From Phoronis australis (Eukaryota; Animalia; Phoronida), in assembly GCA_002633005.1 (NCBI GenBank), contig NMRA01000003.1, positions 1,361,587 to 1,425,586 of the forward strand: a stretch of DNA of 64,000 nucleotides. Reading direction: 5' to 3'. The notes beneath the pieces were generated by a model. The model was not told the origin of the DNA, searched no databases, and saw only the letters and a list, made by a program, of their open reading frames with translations. The position numbers and the translations under genes are program-made. How positions within the stretch are numbered: the stretch's first letter is position 1; every line of letters begins with the position of its first letter. This document shows, in pieces, positions 12,720 through 24,500 of the stretch.

Positions 12720-13737
12720 TCACGTCTCTCCAGATCCCTCCTTGGAGTTTTCCCTTTTCTTCCCAACTTCACCCGCTGCCATTTCTGTCTTCCGGCTCGT
12801 AGAACCAGCAAAAGCCGCGGCACCCTCAGGAAGTTTACCAGACATTGCAAACTTTTGCAGAACTTCATACCTCGCTTTCATTACTTCCAGTTCGTGCTTC
12901 ACTTGTTCATTTTCCTTCCTCAGGGTCTTCACTTCGTCCATCAACTGTTTTTTCTCATAATTCAAAATTATTTTCTGTTCTTCTCGCTTTTCACGGCAAC
13001 TAGCTGCGTAGCCACGATTTTTCAATGTTCTCCTCCTCTGCTTCAGTGAGAGTACTTGTTCACGTGACAACCCTTTCAACAATTGGTTTAGCTCGCGCAC
13101 ACCCAGGAGAACTAAATCATCATCAGAGATGTCAACAGACTGGAAAATAAACAAACAGGAAACAAAATTTTTATTCTCAGCCACAACAACTCAGCCTACA
13201 ACAATGCACATACACTTGTTTTTTGTTTCTCTGTTTTTTTAATTATCTAAAGTGACTTATGATCCGATGCCCATGATAGGCAGGGTGTTCCTGTTTTGTT
13301 ATTTGTTGCTATATTCTATCTGTATGAATACATGTCAATATATTTACTTATACCTACTGTCAAGATGAGTTACCACGTACATGTGGCTAATTCGCGCTTT
13401 ATGTTTCCCACACAATAAAACGAGGCCACATAATCATCCTTACAGTAACTTGATAAAGAGGCGGATTCAAAAACAGTAAAAATGGTCACCAGGAATCATA
13501 CACTATGTCAAATGCATCCAAAAATAAGGAGGTGGTGGCATCTCCTTAATAGATGCCAAGTTGGGAAAATCAGCCCCAGAAAAGGTACAGAAGCTAATGT
13601 AAAAAAATAAAATTACACTAGAGGGCACACCTGTATTCAAATTTTTTTTTTGGGTGCATTAAGAAAATGAGTGTAATTTAGATAAGGCTTTCAATTGGAT
13701 AAGTTACCTTGGAGTCCGCTTTGCTATTTCGAGACAT
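12720..13737 (-). CDS. MAFK: Small Maf bZIP transcription factor (MafK/MafG/Maf-S type), 149 aa
   Basis: Exons 13737-13708 ([10 protein letters not shown], donor gtaac) and 13139-12720 (acceptor ttccag). Motif [49 protein letters not shown] plus a leucine zipper, with no N-terminal transactivation domain. An acceptor upstream of the ATG (about 13765) implies a further non-coding 5' exon. Exact orthology among small Mafs is not resolved. Confidence 0.9.
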
Positions 13738-15925
13738 CTTCTTTCAGTTCTGGATATGTGTAATCTGCAAAAAACACATAACCCACTTATAAGAGCTGAG
13801 ACTTACAATCATGTAACATTACTAAGGTTTCTTAATTTTATACAGAATTTACACAACAAATCATACATAAATAAAAAGCTTAGTCATGTACAACCTTGAT
13901 GACGAGTCTGCAAAATTACTTTAACTCTGTCGGTAAAAGTATATATTTTCTATAAAATTTGATTTTTGACTTTTTTATCCTTCTGCCATTCATTGAGTCA
14001 CATGATCATGTCTTTTTAGTAAAATGTAGGGAAAAAGAAATGTACATTGATAGCAAAACAATATTGGAATCGCATAACAAATTTTATTTGATTTAAATGT
14101 CAAAGATTACATCACAAAAAAGTGTTACAGTTCTCAAAAATATCATTTCATTTTTGGTTTATGCACGAAAATCATAAAAGTCCTAGTTTTTACAGTCCCT
14201 CTTGCAAAAGTGGAACATTTCAAAAACACTCCCATAATGCAACAGTATTTTGGAGAACATGGCATAAAGCACACTAACTGAAAGTTTCGTTTAAATACGA
14301 TCAGCCATTTCTGACATATGATGCCTCAAAATTATCCACATTTGGATATTATTCTAAGGGCCTACCTTGTACCTCAAGTTGGAGCCAGATAATTAAAGCC
14401 CTTTACATATATACGTAACAACATTGAGCTCCATAAACATCAACAGTTTGTTGAAAGCCACAAAGAATGCTCTGCCTACCTTAGCACAGGCACCATACAA
14501 TGAAAGATCAAGTATAATGTTATCATCTAAATTTCTCCTACATAATGCATTAATCACTTTAGTAACATGGAGTTAAAAATTCCGTGTCCATGACCAGTTG
14601 GGCCATTGACTTTTGTTAAAATAATTGACTTCTTTTGTTGCCAAGAATCAAACTTCTTAAAGCTGCACTTTCCCCTATTAACTAAGCAAAAACACGAAAA
14701 TGCGATTAGACCCTTCACTCTCATCAAAGCTGAGTCTCATAATAGGATTTTACTTCTGTTACCAACAAGAACATATGAACATATGACACCTCGTATGTAT
14801 TTGACCGGAGATGGTAACGAATATAAAATTTTATCACAGTAAGGAATATGTTATGAGACTGATTTTATGGCAGTAAAAAGGGGAATTCAATTTTGCTTTT
14901 GAGCCACTTAAATACTGTGTAAAACACAGCTTTACATAACTTGTAGACAAAAAAGTATGGGTATATTTTTAAAAATTAATGTTTTATGATCACAGAATCT
15001 TTTTATGTACACAAAAATAATGTCCAGATCTTTATTATCAAGTGACCGTATTTTTAACTTTCAATTTTTCATGCCAGATCGCCATTTATATTTTCACAAA
15101 TATTAATTTCTTTGCATGAAACTATTTCTGAGTTTTTATTCTCTAGCTGTTATCTATGAAATGGCTGCAGGAGCAAGTTTTCCAATATGCAAACTTGGTT
15201 GAATATTCGACACTTGTCGTTATTAACAATCTATGAGTGTCCGAGATTGTTTTCAGGCCTTTTAGACTAAGAGCTCCACTGTCAAAAATGACATCAACAT
15301 CCTTTCAAAGACACATATGATGCAAGTCTTTAAAAGCCCGCTGGTCAAAGGCTCACCGATAGACACAGACCACGTCATTATAGCTATAAGAAACAGAATT
15401 TGCAAGTTTTGTGTGAAAAGAAATTGTGTTCATGGAAAATACTGTTATCTCCATGATGAAAAAATATGATTTCTGAGAAAAAAAACTTGCAATCCACTCA
15501 ATCACTGTGACTATGAAAATTAACCTACTGGGCATGTAACTTTAGCACATACGGCGTTCTGCACTCATCAAGGACTTTGAAAATATATTTTGATGATTCT
15601 GCTTTTTTAATACTCCCAGTTATTTAAGAAATGTAATCCTGGGTTAAGCTATAGCCTAGTATTAGCTAAATACCTTATTTGTAATTAGTTAGACTTCTCA
15701 GCCACTGCTCTAACACTCAGTCATGCAATATATCCTCTCATTCTGATTCAATTAATAATGCTTTTGGAAAAGTTTTGAAGTTTAAGAACACCTGACAAAT
15801 GACACAAGAAGCTGGATATGTCTCAACACAAACTCCACGTGTATCTAGTCCAATGAAGTTAGTAACTGATAAACAGAAAAAAGTTATTGAGTACAGAAGT
15901 CAGTAATCTGCAGTATTGTTTGTAG

Positions 15926-15938
15926 TGCTGATTCAGCA
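15926..15938. promoter_or_regulatory. MARE-like palindrome TGCTGATTCAGCA with an A-rich flank
   Basis: One base (the centre) differs from the T-MARE TGCTGA(C/G)TCAGCA; it lies upstream of the small-Maf ATG exon. Confidence 0.55.
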
Positions 15939-16076
15939 AAAACGACATACCAAGTTATTTAAGTTTAAAAAGTATAATGTGCTATCGTGTTATCACTAAT
16001 TCTGAGCCACAAGTACCAAGAGCATACAAACAAAATTACTCTCTCCACAGCAAGTGATTTTACCAAGAATAAAGTC

Positions 16077-16089
16077 TGCTGACTCAGCA
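16077..16089. promoter_or_regulatory. Perfect T-MARE TGCTGACTCAGCA, followed by a half-site (actcagcaatattt)
   Basis: Exact match to the established Maf recognition element. Confidence 0.7.
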
Positions 16090-16554
16090 ACAACTCAGCA
16101 ATATTTTCGGGACTCTGCTGCCGGAAGTTAACTAAAAGTACATTTCGTAATTTTAAGTGTCCGAATAAAATTTCTAGAAAACTGTAGCGTGCTCTTTGAC
16201 ACAGATATAAAATTTGAATTTCATTTATGCTAAGTAACTCATCACTTTGTAACAACAAACTCTCAATCTAATACCATTTTAATATTTTTTAAAGAAGTAC
16301 TAGGCATTCATTTGAGCCGACAGATGGCGCGATGTGAGTTTCCTATTGCGCAGCAACAACACAGTCACAGTTTCGGTTTTGTTATTCATCTCAATTACAG
16401 CTTGTATATCAATGGTTGTTAATGGTAAGAAGACCAGTCTTCTCTGTGACAGAAACCTCATTATCTATAGCCTTAGGATTTCTTGAGTTGAGGGTTTTGT
16501 TTGGCCACAGCCCAGGCACAGCCACAGCCAGACGATACGATTCCGAATCGCTCA

Positions 16555-17280
16555 GATCGTGCCAGCACCCATAGCCAGCACTCTTATCACTAGACTGTCA
16601 CCACCGTCTGTAGCTGGCTAGTGACCACCGTCTCTAGCTGGCTCCTATAGAAGCTTCATACACTGGAAGCTTTTTTGGAAAATTATGCCTCTCGCTGATT
16701 TTTTCGCATAAGGGCCAGGGACACCTTAGGACTAGGAGGTCGTCGATGTCATTAATTTCTTCCAACTAGAACAAATTCTCAACCTTTTTCTTCAAGCTGT
16801 TCTTTGTTCAGTGGCCAAAATCTCAAGCTGGCCATTTTTNTCGAGTATGAGTGTCAGACTTGAGTACGTTTGGAGTCCACTCGAAATACGACATTAGATA
16901 CGCTTTTTTGAGTACGACTCCAGTGAGCACGATTTTGAGTATGAAATCTCGAGTATGAGTATGAGTCTGAGTACGGAGGTTGGAGACCGGGCCCTGATCG
17001 TGCCAGCACCCATAGCCAGCACTCTTATCACTAGACTGTCACCACCGTCTGTAGCTGGCTAGTGACCACCGTCTCTAGCTGGCTCCTATAGAAGCTTCAT
17101 ACACTGGAAGCTTTTTTGGAAAATTATGCCTCTCGCTGATTTTTTCGCATAAGGGCCAGGGACACCTTAGGACTAGGAGGTCGTCGATGTCATTAATTTC
17201 TTCCAACTAGAACAAATTCTCAACCTTTTTCTTCAAGCTGTTCTTTGTTCAGTGGCCAAAATCTCAAGCTGGCCATTTTT
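16555..17280 (+). repeat. Identical 285 bp direct repeats (16555-16839 and 16996-17280) flanking a GAGTA-rich spacer ending in gggccctg
   Basis: Base-for-base identity by eye at an offset of 441. The spacer resembles a Harbinger-type MITE end. Confidence 0.9.
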
Positions 17281-17520
17281 ATGCAGCGCACTGCAGGGGA
17301 TATGACGTCCTACCACCTGCCACATGCAGTGTTAAAAATGGCCAGTTTCCGATTTTGGGAACTGAACGAAGGACTGCTCGAAAAAAAATTTGATAACATG
17401 AGTATTTGTTCGATTTAAAGACATCGATGGCCGTTTAAGGTACGCGAAAGGTACTATAGCAATTTGGCTTTGATTTTTAATCAGTGTATGGCATAATTCG
17501 CTGAAAAGCTTCTGGCATAT
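17100..17520. repeat. Imperfect palindromic element: ~185 bp arms around a ~55 bp core containing TGACGTC
   Basis: Inner ends ctggccattttt (to 17280) and aaaaatggccag (from 17335); outer ends gaagctttt..aattatgcc and ggcataattcgctgaaaagcttc. Confidence 0.65.
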
Positions 17521-17799
17521 TAAGCGCTAAAGGAGCTTCATGGTCTGTAGTTCAAATAGAGACGGTGGTCACTGTCTATCTTATTATTTCCATGATCTGG
17601 CCTAAGCCAGCTTACTAGCTGTTTATGACTGTACACGTTCATATACCTAGGAATCGATGTGGTAAAAAGTTGGAAATTTGAGAGAAGCTCAGTTTTCAGT
17701 CCACTCAAACTCGATTTTCCTCTTGCCAATGAAACTTGCATAAAAATGTTACGCGCCCCAACCGTCACATGTTAATACGTTTTTGCAACTCCAAAATTC

Positions 17800-18411
17800 A
17801 AAGAACTGCTACCTTATCTGGTAAAAGAAGGAACTAAATCTCATGAATATCATGTTCTGACCTGCCTTCAAACAAAAGTCGGATGTAAATTACAAACCAG
17901 AACGCTCATGACGACCACACAAATTATGCTATTTGCTAGATTTTCGGTTTGGTACAGTGACATCTCTTGGGAGATGGTGAGAACTTTGCCAAACCATAGT
18001 TTCCTAGATCCTCAGAATTTTGGCTCACTGGTAATAAAATACTCATAACTACAAATGAAGTGCAACCACTGCTGATACTTTGTTGTGAACTGTGGAAACT
18101 TATTGAATCGACAAAAACAGAAACTGTCTAATAAATGGGTGATGCTGCACTTCAAGATGCTTATGTTCACTCCACAAATTTAACTGCTGAATAATTACTC
18201 TGTTTTCACACCGCTTACAAAGTTAGTTCACTGAAGGAAGAGCCAAGTTGTATTTTTCTTGCTTTTGGCCAAGATTGCTCCACAGCTGTATAAGCCTTGC
18301 TACAAAGCTGTTATTGTTTACACAACTTTGTATCAAGGCTAGTCAAAGCCTTATCAGCCAGCTAGCTAATTAGCATGTTTTTGTTAATTAACAGTTATCT
18401 GTCTTTTTCAG
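17800..18411. promoter_or_regulatory. Putative bidirectional promoter region between the small Maf gene and the plus-strand gene
   Basis: The two genes are divergent and both first coding exons are preceded by splice acceptors, so untranslated first exons should lie between them. A candidate minus-strand donor (AG|gtagca) is at 17813/17812. The position is inferred. Confidence 0.3.
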
Positions 18412-18539
18412 TTACTTATGCCAGCTGATGATCAGTCCGAGTTGATGGAGTTACTCCCAACCATGAGGACTATTGGGTAACACAGTGACGGTCAAGTTAG
18501 GACCAGATTGTGTGGTCCTCCTCTGTTGCACATGCCATC

Positions 18540-21500
18540 ATGCCAGAACAACAGATTGACGGTGGAGTAGAGTGGACAACTGATGTCATTGTCATGCAAG
18601 TGAGTAGTTTGGGTAGCTATGTATTCAGGTTGTCTTCAGAGCATAACCAAAAGCATCTTATGTTTTAAGAACATTTTGTAGTTTCAGTAGAGCGGCCACC
18701 TGATGTCACTGTCATCCAAGTGAGTAGGTTGGGTACCTATGTATTCAGGTTGTCTTCAGAGCATAACCAAAAGCATCTTATGTTTTAAGAACATTTTGTA
18801 GTTTCAGTAGAGCGGCCACCTGATGTCACTGTCATCCAAGTGAGTAGGTTGGGTAGCTATGTATTCAGGTTGTCTTCAGAGCATAACCAAAAACATCTTA
18901 TGTTTTAAGAAAATTTTGTAGTTTATTGTGGAGAATGCGTATTGGTTGCAGTCGTCAGTGAGCCAGAAGATGACAGTAAATCACTACAGATCAACCTAAT
19001 CTGTTTATGCTGTTCTGTTCACAACACAAGCATGTACTGCATGTAGTATTTATTTTGAACAAAAACTCTCTGGGTCCACAAAAATATCCACAACAGACTG
19101 CATGATGAGAATGTTGGTTAGCACAGCGTCAAAATATTCATTCTTCAGTCTTTTAACTTAATTGTTTGCTCAACTTACAACAATAACCATATAGTTGACT
19201 GTCACAAGTACCAAAAGCTCAAGATAACCACTGTGCTCAGTCTAACATTAACAAATTTGAGTGTTTGCTTGAATGTCAAAGCTGAGTCTTGTGTGAAACA
19301 CAATTTTATATTCTTATTTCAGATTATTCAAGGTTTCCATGTTCTTGAATGTGATGATGTGGACGCTCTTTTGGCTGATACCGAGGCTGATGACTGTCAG
19401 AGGAGCAACGTTGTCACAGGGTATCCCAGGCAGCCACTATACAAAGAAATAGCTTCTGCAATTGACTACTGGATTGTGCATGGGTATGAAGGATTTATAA
19501 AAAGCAAACTGAATTTTCATTAAATCGGGATGCACTGAGAGTGTGAAATGTTACTTAAAACCGTTTTCCTTCTGTAATTGAATTCTCCATAGAAAGTTAG
19601 GTTAGGATACTGTTATGGAAAATAAATGTTAGGTTTCAGTTGATGAAGATATTTCCATTTGGTTTTAGTAACTCTTTGAACTGGGGTACATTATTTTTCT
19701 GCGAGTCATGCTGCAGGAGTAAAGACCGTGAGGAGACTACCACAAATCGCTAGTTTTTTCCCCCACTTCAATTCCCAGCCGATGTTCAGTCATTCACCAT
19801 TACAAACATTTCTCCAGATAGTGGTTTCCATATTGATCCAGATATCAGTCTAATCCACTGTGAAAAATTCCTGTAGTCTTTTAATCCAGGCATCACAACT
19901 CACATGCCAATTACCTACATCACTGTCAAGAGTTATTTCAGATAGTGTTTTATTGCACGAAGTCATTGCTAAATGCATGCTCTCTTTCTCACAAAAGTTA
20001 CTTAGATCAGTGTTTGTGATTTCGAGTGGAGACGACATTTGCAGTTCTTGTATAAATGTGTTGACGAAGTACAAGTTACCATGAAATGGGACAAGTTTGT
20101 AATGCTGTTAGCTCCTTTCATTGGCACTCTGAGGATTACCAGGAAAGAGTTTCCGTGTGATTTAGTGATTGTGATTTTGTATTAGTACCTTATTCTTCAC
20201 CAATACGCAATAACTAGGCAGAAGTGAATTTTTATTTTGTCAAATTTCAGATTGAAAATAACTTGGATTAAAAAGAACTTAATTCATCATAAGCTTGAAT
20301 CGTTTTGTGTTGATGAACGTTTAAAAAGCAAAGCAATTAGCATCCTAAACATAGAAATATAATAAATTTTGCAATTTTGTGCAAAATAAGTGAAGAACTG
20401 CATTATTACAAGGTGACCATGTAATGAGCTCCAAGGACTTTGTTTACTCATTACTGTGATGTTCGTTTTTCAAGGAAATGCCCAATTGATGACATGCTGT
20501 CATTTGAGTTGTTGGTTGAACAAGCAGACACAGCTAAAAGGTAAATCTTTAGTGCCAGAATGTCTTTCTATCAAAAGGTTGATGGTGTTTTTTGATTGGT
20601 TACTGTTGAAGCTATCGTAGACAAGTTTTTAGTTGGTTTGTTTTTTCCTAAAGTGATCCTTTTCACGTCGAGGAATGTGTGTCCCAAAATTATTTTGTCC
20701 TGAATACATCTGTGATTTTTTTAGCATGAACATCTAGTTGTCGTGGATTTTAAATTCTGTCTAATTTTTAGTTTTGTGGCAGTTGCACTACACAAAATTT
20801 AATAGTGTGAATTGACGATTCGAGTTTTATTCAGTGCACATAATTTAGAGGTTGTCAAAGTTGACGTGTGAGGAAAGACTCCATGAACAGAAGACTTTGT
20901 GAAATTTCTTTTAACACGGCCTATAATTCACAGGCACCTTGACAGTTTAACCTCCTTAGGCAATGACTTAATTCTAGTCTCTGCCAGCACGTCAGAATTA
21001 AGAGTTTACGCACCACACTCAATTTCTAAGGCTTGTAGCACCAGTACAACCAATGCTCAATTCTTACTAGCTCTTTTATGCTCCTTTTTTGCTGTTTTAG
21101 GCAAGTGTGGAAATTCTATTCCAACTATGGAACTGATAATTTGTTATGCAAGAATCAAACAGAATTGGAAAACAATAACGATGCTAGATTGCAGCATGAA
21201 AACCATGTTTCGATATTACCGGTAATCTAATATCATCTGGTACAATAGTATACAGAAAGCAAAATATCATAACAGAATAAAAGCGTGAAAGTTTTGAGAC
21301 ATCCAGTTGTTATCGTAACAAAATGTTCACATCACAATGCAAGGCACAAGATATGTTGACTAAAAACTACCACAACTGCAACGTTGTTCGTTTTTGTTTT
21401 ACACTCCTTACTTCTAATTTGGCCAAAAACTAATTTTACTAAATTTCAGTTATTTAGAATTAACCCAAACCTGCACAGGATTAAGATTTACAATTGTTTT

Positions 21501-24500
21501 ATAATTCAAGTTGCTTTCATTACATCCTGAAGGAGTAAAAATTGAGGCCTTGCTTTTAATCTTCCACCGACTTTTATTCAAAAATCCCTTCTTCTATTAG
21601 AAAAGATTGCTTTTGCATGGAAGTGTCAACATTGTGTGTTTTCAATTTTCTGTGTGTCTTAGGAAAACAGTGGAGAAACACATATCATCATTACCTGCTG
21701 ACAGGAATTGGAGATGTTTGACTAAGACTGAAAAACAAGATTGTATAACGGATATTTTTGAGGTACGTTAGTTATTATGTCACTCTTCTAATAGAAAGTC
21801 AAATGTATGAATAGTAAATAATTAATGTCTCATTTTTTTCTTTACTAGTCCTAGCTTTTTATGTTGTATTCTATAGTGTTGTATGGTGGTCCTCACTGAA
21901 GTGGCTTTTGCTTTTGAGGATCTCCAGCTTGTATGTATGTATGTATATATCCAAATGAGTTTTTTCTTTATTGTATTTTGCTAATTTGTTGTACAAGTTA
22001 ATAAGTGTATTAACTCTCAATTCTATTAGACTCTTCGTGTTGGTTATGTCACTTCTGTTTATAAGTGTCAAAATCATCTTGTTTGCCTGGAAATAGGTTA
22101 CCACATCATATGGTCTTTCTTTGAATACCTGTAGTATCAATTGAAGCAAAGCAGAGTTGGCTCATCTTTCAAGACTCTTAGAATGCCTGTGATATCACAT
22201 GGTATGCTTCAGTTTGCTCTCTGTGGTTTTATGAGAATGAATCTTAGCCCAGTGTTAACTCATTTGCAAAACTTGTTACTTTTTCATTACTAATCAAACT
22301 TATGAATCTTTCTCTTTAAGACTCTTGGCAAACGTGGACTTTTGGATCTGATTGGAGTTAGGAAAACTCTAGGAAGTATTGACTATTGGCCACCATCCAG
22401 GAGAAAGTTGTTGGCTACATTTTCACAAAAACACAAGTAAAGTATCAGTTGGTATCTCCTCTTGATTGCTTCATATTTTGTTTATTACACATAGTGTACC
22501 TAATTATCAGACAGACCCTAAATATCAGACATTACATAAAATCTTACTTGAAGCAGAATATGAGAAATAAATGACACCAATTTTTGTTCTGCTGTAAAAG
22601 TAATGCATTCAATATCCAGCATTGTCTCGTTTTTTATGATGTTGCCTCGTTTTGATTTCACCGAGAGAGGGTGCAGTTTAGACACCCAAGTTGGCCTACA
22701 ATGGACGATCGCATAAATCTATTATAAATAAAGTTGAAAACAAAATCTTTTTCCACAATGAAGTAATCTAAATGAACTGACAATATGTCACTATTTCATT
22801 TTTTCATTTGTTTTTAAACTCAAGTCAAACCCCGGTCTCGCACGTGCGTCTGTCATGTCAAGAAGGCAAAGAGATACTAAAAACTGCAGTGAGGTTGCAT
22901 GTGCTTTAGTCGTCTGCACTGATTCATCCAAACAACTTGCTGCCGTCATCAGATGACATTTTATGGATAATTTTGTTGCGAACGGAGCTGTGTTCTAGCA
23001 GCAAATATGTGAAAGTACTCGAGCTGCAATTTGGCGACAAGGTGCCCACGGCCATTACATGGTTAGACATTTTTCCGCGGTGTGGATGTCCAATATTTAG
23101 ATTCTCGGAGGGTTTGCTAATTGCGTTTTTAAAGATCAGTCAGAACATAAACGTGGCCTTCAGTGACAAGATATAGTAACAGAACAATTCCTTAAGGGGT
23201 ACATCTTTATTTCAGTAAAGAATTTACAACAATCTGCAAAATGTGCCAAAACGTCCGATATTTATATCGCTTGACTATAATCTCTTTATTTCTAAGAACA
23301 TCATCAGATGGTAAAGCTCACAACTATATCACAGGTCAACCAAGTTAAAACTGAATGAGAACAAATCATTTCTACCGCAGATGTAGCTTGAATGAAGATG
23401 TACCTGATGATTCAGCCAGGTGTAAGCTCTACTTTCCTGCTTTATTTACAACTTTTCTTTGTTGCATTCTGTTGTTAATACCTTTATGCAGGACCTTATC
23501 AACAAGACTGAACATTTTGCAAAATATCTACAAAACTGTATATTTTAACCCAGCAAAATTAGATATTTTTGAGAGTAGAAAATTTGTAGAATTTTTAACT
23601 CTGTAGCAGTGGGCTATTAATTAGTCATGTGACCATGCTTTTTAAGGATAATTGAGCAAAAAATATAGGTACATTCAGTTCATGACAAAAAGTCAATAAC
23701 AGGACCCAATTTCATATGATATAATCATTCAAACTACAATCTCAAGAACGTTTTTACAGTTTTCCAGATTAGCTTTTCATTTTCGTTTTTTGCAACTTTT
23801 AACGATTTTTTTCATGAAAATGATGAAATTTTTTGATAGCCCTCATGCACAAATGGCACATTTCAAAAAACTCCTAACAGCTTTTTAGAGATCAGTGCAT
23901 GAAGCATAGTCTATCAAAGTGTCGTGTAAATCAAATTGGTCACTTTTGAGATATGATGTTCCTAATACACTCTGGATTTATCACTTGAACAGTGCTCAGC
24001 CTCACGCTCTCCCAATTCCTTGAGTTAGGCCTATTTTCACAATCTTGTAAACAACATTTATTTACTTTTGCAAAATAATGGTGTGGGAGATTTCAAATGA
24101 CTAAGACTGTTTGAAAGTTTACATTCAGGCCTGTAAAGGGCCATAAGTCTTTTAATTATTTACTAATCAAGTTATTTGGCGTTTTAAGTTTTCGACTGTT
24201 CAGTAGTACCAAGAACGTTAAGTAGGGAAAAGCAGAATTTGCTCTTTTTCTACACCCAATTCTAGACCAACACTACTCAAATTGTCAACTAGTCATTCAC
24301 AATTTCAAGGACATGTTTTGGGTAACCGTCAGCGAAACATTATGGATTTTTAATCATGGCACTTATTTTCACTCGTAAAAATTACGCCAATAATACAAAC
24401 GATGGTTAGGTTCCTTTAATCTTCACCTAACTTAAATTGGTCATTTATAGGATTTGCTTTGGTTATCATGGATTGGCTGCTTTCAATTTTCGTTTCTTCT

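Noticed and set aside
13140-13184. N-terminal extension of the Maf ORF in the ORF track ([15 protein letters not shown])
   Set aside because: This is intron and polypyrimidine-tract sequence before the ttccag acceptor; the real start is in exon 13737-13708.
18567-18924. CRISPR-like array
   Set aside because: Whole 120 bp units repeat with no unique spacers, there are no cas genes, and the context is eukaryotic.
19720-20160. ORFs 19850-20074 and 19860-20084 as a gene or LINE remnant
   Set aside because: No motif I can support; they are intronic in the plus-strand gene.
21871-22149. 92-aa antisense ORF
   Set aside because: Low-complexity AT-rich intron sequence; at most a highly decayed LINE tail.
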